This document shows positions 57,685-64,000 of a DNA stretch of 64,000 nucleotides, in pieces. The notes beneath the pieces were generated by a model, which made no database searches, had not been told where the DNA came from, and saw only the letters and a list, made by a program, of their open reading frames with translations. How positions within the stretch are numbered: the stretch's first letter is position 1; each line of letters begins with the position of its first letter. Both the position numbers and the translations under genes were made by a program. The stretch is from Calditrichales bacterium (GTDB lineage: Bacteria > Calditrichota > Calditrichia > Calditrichales > J004), in contig OZ254086.1 in assembly GCA_965267575.1 (NCBI GenBank), positions 1,088,001 through 1,152,000 on the forward strand, in the 5' to 3' direction.

Positions 57685-58203
57685 CTATTTGATTACAAAG
57701 ATGACACCCAGACTCACTTCCTGAAAAATGAGCAGTTCTTTGCGCTCATCACGGCGGTTGCGAATGTCTGTCAGATACTGGCTTACACCGAGCCGCAACC
57801 CGAATTTTTCATTGATGTAATAGCGCAGGCCGCCGCCAAAATTGATGCCGGGGCTGCTTACGCTCTCGCTGCCGATGGCGTTTGTGGGAACGGTGAGCAG
57901 AAGACCGCCGCCCACATGCGCGTAAGGCACCACCTCTTTATTGGAACTGAGATTAAACACCAGGTTAACCAACAGCGGATACATATCGGCGGCCTCACCA
58001 ATCACCTGGGCTGCACTGAATTCCAGGTTTATGGCTGAATAACGCAGGGAAAGATCGGCACCAAATTCGGCGCTGCCGTCCATAAAACCGCTGTGCGGAG
58101 AAAGCTCGATGTTTTGCGCTGCAAGCGGCAGGCAAAGAAGCAGGACGATAAGTCCGGTCTTAATCTTATAATACAATGGCGATCCCCCCGCTGAGACGGC
58201 CAT
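57685..58203 (-). CDS. Outer-membrane beta-barrel protein (OMP_b-brl-like)
   Basis: PYAHVGGG, GINFGGGLRYYINEKFGLRL. Start uncertain. Confidence 0.72.
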   Translation of the reverse strand: MAVSAGGSPLYYKIKTGLIVLLLCLPLAAQNIELSPHSGFMDGSAEFGADLSLRYSAINLEFSAAQVIGEAADMYPLLVNLVFNLSSNKEVVPYAHVGGGLLLTVPTNAIGSESVSSPGINFGGGLRYYINEKFGLRLGVSQYLTDIRNRRDERKELLIFQEVSLGVIFVIK

Positions 58204-58723
58204 TAAGCCACCATTTTTCCTGGTTCCATCCTTCCAGTGCCGGTTCCGCAAAAAGCTTCAGGCCGTCCGTCATGCGCCAGCTCAGTTGTGTTGCAAGCGC
58301 TCCGTAAAAACCGATGCCCCCTGCTTCAGGCGCGCTATAAATGCCCACTCCGGGAAGTGCCACGGACCACGACGCCCGTTGCCAGAAACGCCAGCCCAAA
58401 GCCGGACCCGCCGCTATTTGAAAATGCCGGGAATTATGCACCAGGTGTAAAGCCTGAAAAGAGAACGTATAAATAGTTACGGCCAGCTCGCTTGAACCGG
58501 AAGGCAGCAGAATCGTCTGCCGGGTTCTTGAGCGTTCTGCCGCGAGGGAAACATTCCAGGCCGGGGCCAATTCGCTTGAAAAGCGCAGGCCATAACCGGC
58601 CGACGGCTGATACTTTAAAGCATTATCCCAATGCCGGCCGCTCACTAAAAGCTGGATTTCACTTTGGCCAAAGAGCGGCAAGGTCAACAAAAATGCGATC
58701 GTAAACGCCAGGCGATTTAACAA
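58166..58723 (-). CDS. Putative outer-membrane beta-barrel protein
   Basis: TTG start with an AAGGGG RBS, signal peptide, alternating strands. Confidence 0.62.
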   Translation of the reverse strand: MLNRLAFTIAFLLTLPLFGQSEIQLLVSGRHWDNALKYQPSAGYGLRFSSELAPAWNVSLAAERSRTRQTILLPSGSSELAVTIYTFSFQALHLVHNSRHFQIAAGPALGWRFWQRASWSVALPGVGIYSAPEAGGIGFYGALATQLSWRMTDGLKLFAEPALEGWNQEKWWLNGRLSGGIAIVL

Positions 58724-58764
58724 TGAATTCCCCTTTGTGCGGTTGTATCCCCTGGCCCTCTTTA

Positions 58765-58825
58765 CTCAAGCGCCGTACCAAGTCAGTAAGACGGCACAAG
58801 GCAGAGAAAATATATCCTGTTGATT
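58765..58825 (-). promoter_or_regulatory. Putative sigma-54 promoter with IHF-like site for the 58723-50527 operon
   Basis: Minus strand TGGTAC-GGCGC-TTGAG (58780-58765); AATCAACAGGATA upstream. Confidence 0.4.
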
Positions 58826-59089
58826 TTATTGAAATTACGGCATTAAAAATATTTCATTTGCAGTCCGGGTAAAGGGAGGCGGTTGAACGCGGGCGTTCGC
58901 GTTCCTGTGAAAAATTGATACAGATTGACGTGTCGCTATAAGGGATTTTTTTTGTTTGCCGCCGGCAAAAAACGCTTCTTTGGACTCTATCTGCGGATTG
59001 AAGATTTTTGCTTAACACACGATAAATGTGGAATTGGATGAGGGTCTTAAAATAGCTACATTTCGCCAAACATAAAGGAGAATGCTTCT

Positions 59090-60151
59090 ATGTCCAAAGC
59101 GATCGGAATTCTTACTGCCGGCGGAGACACACCCGGCCTCAATGCGGCGATCAGGGGAATCGGTAAGGCCGCCATGAACGATCCCGTGGAACTGATTGGT
59201 TTTAAGGATGGTTTTCGCGGGTTGATGGAAAACCGCATCATTCGGCTTGACCCCAGAGCTTTGTCGGGCATTCTTTCTTTAGGTGGAACCATCCTTGGCA
59301 CCAGCCGCGACAAGCCGCATAAAATGCCGGTCGGCGGCAAAGAGATGGACATGACCGATGTTATCCTGCACAATTACCACAAGCACCACCTGGATTGCCT
59401 TGTCTGCATCGGCGGCGGCGGCACGCAGAAAAACGCCCTTAAGCTCAAGGAAAAGGGCATGAATATCATCACCCTGCCTAAAACCATAGACAATGATATC
59501 GCCATGACCGACGTGACTTTTGGTTTTGACACGGCGCTGGGTATTGCCACCAACGCGATCGACCGGTTGCATACGACGGCACACAGCCACCACCGCATTA
59601 TTGTTGTGGAGATTATGGGGCACAAGGTCGGCTGGCTGGCGCTTGGCGCTGGCATGGCAGGCGGCGCAGATGTGGTTCTTATCCCGGAAATCCCCTATGA
59701 CGTCAAGAAAATTTCAGAGTCTATTTTAAGACGCAGTCGCGCCGGAAAGAACTTCAGCATTGTGGCCGTGGCCGAGGGTGCTGTAAACAAAGCCGACCTG
59801 GAAGAGGCCGAAGAAAACGGCAAGAAGAAAAAGAAAGACGTGGAATCTTCAACGCTGGAACTGGCGCGTAAGCTGGAAAAACTAACCGGTCTGGAGTCGC
59901 GCGTAACCATCTTGGGGCATCTTCAGCGCGGTGGCACGCCAAGCGCCCGGGACAGACTGATGGCGACGCAGCTGGGTACGACCTGTCGCCGTCTTATTGC
60001 AGAGCGTACGTTCGGCGGCATGATAGGCATAAAGGGAGAGGAGACAATAGTGGTACCCCTGGAAGATGTGGCCGGTAAGCGTAAATATGTCCCGCTCGAT
60101 CATCCGCTGGTACAAAGCGCACGCACTCTGGGTGTAAGTCTCGGCGACTAA
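59090..60151 (+). CDS. pfkA: 6-phosphofructokinase
   Basis: [51 protein letters not shown]. Confidence 0.95.
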   Translation: MSKAIGILTAGGDTPGLNAAIRGIGKAAMNDPVELIGFKDGFRGLMENRIIRLDPRALSGILSLGGTILGTSRDKPHKMPVGGKEMDMTDVILHNYHKHHLDCLVCIGGGGTQKNALKLKEKGMNIITLPKTIDNDIAMTDVTFGFDTALGIATNAIDRLHTTAHSHHRIIVVEIMGHKVGWLALGAGMAGGADVVLIPEIPYDVKKISESILRRSRAGKNFSIVAVAEGAVNKADLEEAEENGKKKKKDVESSTLELARKLEKLTGLESRVTILGHLQRGGTPSARDRLMATQLGTTCRRLIAERTFGGMIGIKGEETIVVPLEDVAGKRKYVPLDHPLVQSARTLGVSLGD

Positions 60152-60227
60152 ACGGGTTGCATCATTTATGGCTTAATTTCTATCTTGCCCCTTTTTTAAA
60201 ATCATCACAACAAATCAGGGATGTTTT

Positions 60228-61469
60228 ATGGAGCCGCTCTTTACCAACGACGCGATTGTACTCGGCATACTTATGGCCATACTGGCCTTTGTCTTCAAAA
60301 CCTCGCACAGCGACCGACCTTTTTGGCAAAAGTTTTATACGTATGTGCCGTCACTTTTGCTCTGTTATTTTATCCCGTCGCTTTTTAACTCTGCCGGCAT
60401 TATCTCAGGTGATGAGTCCAACCTCTATTATGTCTCGTCCCGCTACCTGCTGCCGGCCAGCCTTATTCTGCTGACGCTAAGCATTGATTTGCCGGGTGTG
60501 ATGCGCCTGGGCCCCAAAGCGCTGATCATGTTTTTTACGGCCACGGTAGGCATCATGATTGGCGGGCCGCTGGCCATTTTTATTGTTTCTCTTTTTGCTC
60601 CGGAGATCGTTGGCGGTGCCGGACCCGATGCCGTATGGCGCGGCTTAACGACCGTAGCAGGAAGCTGGATCGGCGGCGGCGCCAACCAGACCGCGATGAA
60701 AGAGGTATTCGATGTAGGCGATGACCTTTTCTCTGCGATGATCACCGTTGACGTTATTGTAGCCAACATCTGGATGGCCTTTTTGCTTTACGGCGCGGGC
60801 ATCTCCAAGCGAATTGACAAAAAGTTTCACGCAGATTCCAGCGCCATTGATGAAGTGCGCCGCAAGGTGGAAAACTATCGCGCCAGTATCGCGCGCATAC
60901 CCAACCTCACCGACGTGACGGTCATTATGGCTATTGGCTTTGGGCTAACGGCGGTTGCCCACTTCGGCGCGGACAACATTGCTCCTTTTATCCAGGAAAA
61001 TATGCCTTATCTTGATAAATATAGCCTCACATCGCCTTTCTTCTGGATTGTCGTGATCGCCACAACAGGTGGTTTGATTCTCAGCTTTACGAAGGCACGT
61101 CAATTGGAAGGCGCGGGCGCTTCAACCATGGGCAGTCTGCTGCTTTATGTGCTGGTGGCTTCCATCGGCATGAAAATGGACATTCTGGCCATCTTTGACA
61201 ATCCCGGCCTTTTTCTGGTAGGCCTGATCTGGATGGCTGTCCATGTAACATTGTTGCTGACTGTCGGCAAGCTGATCAAGGCGCCGTTTTTCTTTACCGC
61301 GGTAGGCAGCCAGGCCAACGTAGGTGGCGCGGCATCCGCTCCGATTGTGGCATCGGCGTTTCATCCGGCATTGGCGCCCGTGGGTGTTTTACTGGCTGTT
61401 CTCGGCTATGCCCTTGGCACCTACTGCGCCTGGTTTACCGGTATCATGATGCAGGCGGTGGCGCCATAG
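60228..61469 (+). CDS. DUF819 family membrane protein
   Basis: AGSWIGGGANQ, SQANVGGAASAP, PVGVLLAVLGYALGTY. Confidence 0.9.
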   Translation: MEPLFTNDAIVLGILMAILAFVFKTSHSDRPFWQKFYTYVPSLLLCYFIPSLFNSAGIISGDESNLYYVSSRYLLPASLILLTLSIDLPGVMRLGPKALIMFFTATVGIMIGGPLAIFIVSLFAPEIVGGAGPDAVWRGLTTVAGSWIGGGANQTAMKEVFDVGDDLFSAMITVDVIVANIWMAFLLYGAGISKRIDKKFHADSSAIDEVRRKVENYRASIARIPNLTDVTVIMAIGFGLTAVAHFGADNIAPFIQENMPYLDKYSLTSPFFWIVVIATTGGLILSFTKARQLEGAGASTMGSLLLYVLVASIGMKMDILAIFDNPGLFLVGLIWMAVHVTLLLTVGKLIKAPFFFTAVGSQANVGGAASAPIVASAFHPALAPVGVLLAVLGYALGTYCAWFTGIMMQAVAP

Positions 61470-61519
61470 ATGTGTTAAAGTGTTAAGGTGTTTAGGGCTT
61501 TGTTCTGGTTTTTAAATAG

Positions 61520-61548
61520 AAAAGGCGGCTCAGGCAGAGCCGCCTTTT
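61520..61548. terminator. Bidirectional terminator
   Basis: AAAAGGCGGCTC-N-GAGCCGCCTTTT. Confidence 0.85.
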
Positions 61549-61553
61549 GTTTA

Positions 61554-63695
61554 TTATTTAAGCAATAGAAGCTTTTTCTTGAAGACTTTGTCTTTCACTT
61601 TTACGATAAGAAAATAAGTACCGCTGGAAAGATTATTACCTGCCTGATTTTTTCCATCCCAGACAAGACGAATCTCATTTCCGTTTTCTGAAGAGAGATT
61701 GAATTTATAAATCGCCTGTCCAAGAATATTGTAAATCGAAGCACTCACATCATTGGGATTTGTCTTTTCGCTCAGTGTTAACAATATGGTGGTTTGATTG
61801 TTGAAGGGATTGGGAGATACCTGTATCAGGCTGTCAGCAAAGTTTTTGGCCTGTACATCGGTTAAAGCCGTCAGGCCGGACTCATCGCGGCAGTCCAGAC
61901 ACGGCTGAACCGTATCGCTCGGCTCTAGGGCCAAAAAGGCCGTATATTGAGACAAAACCCGTTCGGAGATGCTTACATCGAGAATCTCGGAAATGATATC
62001 GGAGGTTTGCTCCGACCTTTCAAGGGCGCTGATATAATTACCAGCCCACATCTCTTCAACTAATGAATCAGACTGGCTGATGTGCTGTTCATCTTTTGTA
62101 ATTTTCTGCGAAAACGGTTGCCCGTCAAAAATTCCGTTTATCTGTAATTCGAAAGGAAATGAGCCAAAAAATTTGCCAACCTGCATGATCGGACTATCGA
62201 GATAAACCGTTTCGCTCGAGCCTGACAACGTCTGCCGCCCAAAACAGAAACCATCGGAGAGGGTCGTATATAAGTCAAAAGATGTAACAAATCCGCTTAC
62301 ACGTTTATAGAGATTGTGGTACGCTTCAGCATAGCCGGAATTGTCAACACGCAGCCAGTCACCATACGTACGGCGGCTCAGGTTGGAGTAAAAATACTCA
62401 TTGCCATAATGGTAGCGTCCGTTGAAATAATAGTATTCGCGATTCTTATTGCAGTAATCCAGAATATATACAGGTAAAGTATTGTCCATCGTCTCCAGCA
62501 GATCATCTATAATTGGATTTGCCGTTGAATACCAACCCTGTTGGTCGGTAGCACTCATGGTAAATAACACGCCTTTATCGCCATTATTCTTAACAAATTC
62601 GATACCGCTTGCCAAAAGAGAAGGGAGATTACTGTAATCTGAAATGGGATCACTTCCGGCAGTTGCAAACGCCTGTTCAACACTGGCTGAATCAGCGGGT
62701 ATCCAGGCACTGCTGATGAGTCTGTTTGAAATGCCTGAAAATATCAGATTAAAGGAATCTTTTGCAGAAAAATTATTTAGCAGGTTGTTTTTGACGGTAT
62801 TTAAAACCGTGCTTTTATTATAAGTCGTCTTGTTTGGATCGTAGTCGAACAGGAAGGCTACCTTTTTGTTGATATTTATATCCAGCAGCTCGGACGGCAG
62901 CAATGCCATCTGGTAGTAGTCGTCCTCGCCGGAGCTAAAACGGCTTAGAAAAACACCATCCTGCATCGGGCTCGTGGCGGAAATGTTGGCTGCCGTTTCA
63001 ATACCTTCATCCATAAGATCACAACGCTGATACAGTCCAAACTCGGGATCGGTGAGCTTCTCAAATTGTACATCGGGCAGCTCATCTATCTTTGGGTTTT
63101 CCCATTGTTCACCGCCCCAAAACAGCACATGAAATGTTTCCGGATGATATCCGGAATCGCGGACCAGGTGAATTGGCAGAGAAGCACTTACCCGTTCATT
63201 ATACCAGCTTACCGGTACCAGGTAGGTTAGCTTTATCTTACGTGACTGATCCCCCAACATGGGATAAATGCGCAACTCATAGCGGGTGCTGCTGCGTTTA
63301 AAGAGAATGGCCGGATCGCGGCGGCGGTCTACGATGTCCTCGTAAATGGCGGAAGCAGTCCATTTGTCAAGGATTGTCGCACGCATAATATCCTCTCCGA
63401 CCCATAGCCATAAATCATGTATGATCGCCTCTTCAGGCAAATCAAAAAAGGAGAATATTTCGTACTGGGTCTGAGCATTGAGATTTGCACTGCGCCCTGA
63501 GAGCGTAATGTATAAGCCCATTTCCATGTAAATGCCTTTCGGCTTTACAGATAAAACCGCTTCCTCCACATTTACAGAATAGTAGTACCAGGGCCGGTCA
63601 GGATCTATAATACGGGAATAGACGTACTGGCTAAACGCCGAAGAGGTAAACAAAAAAAACAGGACTGCGGCAGCCAGAACATTTCGTTTACACAT
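61554..63695 (-). CDS. Secreted VIT-domain (vWA-like) protein with T9SS/FlgD-like C-terminal domain
   Basis: F.LPE.A.I..L.LW, A..IYE.IV.RRRDPAIL, ELRIYPM, VLSQYTAFLALE; SPNPFN...WDGKN.AG..LSSGTYF. Confidence 0.83.
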   Translation of the reverse strand: MCKRNVLAAAVLFFLFTSSAFSQYVYSRIIDPDRPWYYYSVNVEEAVLSVKPKGIYMEMGLYITLSGRSANLNAQTQYEIFSFFDLPEEAIIHDLWLWVGEDIMRATILDKWTASAIYEDIVDRRRDPAILFKRSSTRYELRIYPMLGDQSRKIKLTYLVPVSWYNERVSASLPIHLVRDSGYHPETFHVLFWGGEQWENPKIDELPDVQFEKLTDPEFGLYQRCDLMDEGIETAANISATSPMQDGVFLSRFSSGEDDYYQMALLPSELLDININKKVAFLFDYDPNKTTYNKSTVLNTVKNNLLNNFSAKDSFNLIFSGISNRLISSAWIPADSASVEQAFATAGSDPISDYSNLPSLLASGIEFVKNNGDKGVLFTMSATDQQGWYSTANPIIDDLLETMDNTLPVYILDYCNKNREYYYFNGRYHYGNEYFYSNLSRRTYGDWLRVDNSGYAEAYHNLYKRVSGFVTSFDLYTTLSDGFCFGRQTLSGSSETVYLDSPIMQVGKFFGSFPFELQINGIFDGQPFSQKITKDEQHISQSDSLVEEMWAGNYISALERSEQTSDIISEILDVSISERVLSQYTAFLALEPSDTVQPCLDCRDESGLTALTDVQAKNFADSLIQVSPNPFNNQTTILLTLSEKTNPNDVSASIYNILGQAIYKFNLSSENGNEIRLVWDGKNQAGNNLSSGTYFLIVKVKDKVFKKKLLLLK

Positions 63696-63784
63696 GGTGT
63701 CCCCCTGTGTTCTTTAATAAAAGGTATAGTCCAATCAGAAAGTACGAAGAATAAACAGATATAAAAAGAAAAAAACTGATTATT

Positions 63785-64000
63785 TCACTTCACAAGCAGC
63801 ATTTTTATCATACGTGAGGATTGGTCGCTGTCGAGGCGCAGGTAGTAGACGCCGCTGGACCACCCGGAAGCATTAAGCCGGAAGAGGTGCTCTCCCGCCG
63901 GATGATAACCTTTCGTGAGCGTAGCCGTAAGACGGCCCTGAATATCATAAACACGCAGGCGCACATCGGCTGGAGCAGGTAAAGCGTAGCGAATAACCGT
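63785..64000 (-). CDS. C-terminal end of a secreted protein with a T9SS-like domain (partial)
   Basis: Manual translation TVIRYALPAPADVRLRVYDIQGRL...SSGVYYLRL...KMLLVK*. Confidence 0.85.
   Translation of the reverse strand, partial: TVIRYALPAPADVRLRVYDIQGRLTATLTKGYHPAGEHLFRLNASGWSSGVYYLRLDSDQSSRMIKMLLVK

Overview
A 64 kb bacterial chromosome segment of moderate GC. Seven secreted proteins carry a '(N)YPNPFNPxTxI...KMLLLK' Por/T9SS-like C-terminal domain, and there is a hybrid two-component system, a DUF3098 gene and a HhH outer-membrane protein. Together these suggest an FCB-superphylum lineage such as Calditrichota, KSB1 or Ignavibacteria (inference). No photosynthesis genes are present in the window. 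The standout is a compact co-oriented cluster at 4365-8153 (minus strand) encoding homologues of all four dedicated tocopherol (vitamin E) enzymes: tocopherol cyclase (VTE1), a plant-type MPBQ/MSBQ methyltransferase (VTE3), gamma-tocopherol methyltransferase (VTE4) and homogentisate prenyltransferase (VTE2). This pathway is normally considered restricted to oxygenic phototrophs. Second is a 351-bp tandem array at tRNA-Val(TAC) in which mini GIY-YIG nuclease genes are fused to tRNA-like copies whose anticodon arm is replaced by a palindrome. Other notable items: an 8-gene envelope redox operon (three beta-barrels, HzsA-like dihaem lipoprotein, TlpA, DUF4266, DUF3570, secreted protein); an MNT-HEPN toxin-antitoxin pair whose toxin is split at an A_AAA_AAG slippery site; a RAYT transposase with REPs; and several families of intergenic palindromes. 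Housekeeping genes include gdhA, groES/groEL, pfkA, yigZ and an ABC transporter. All protein calls are by motif recognition from memory; no database searches were run.
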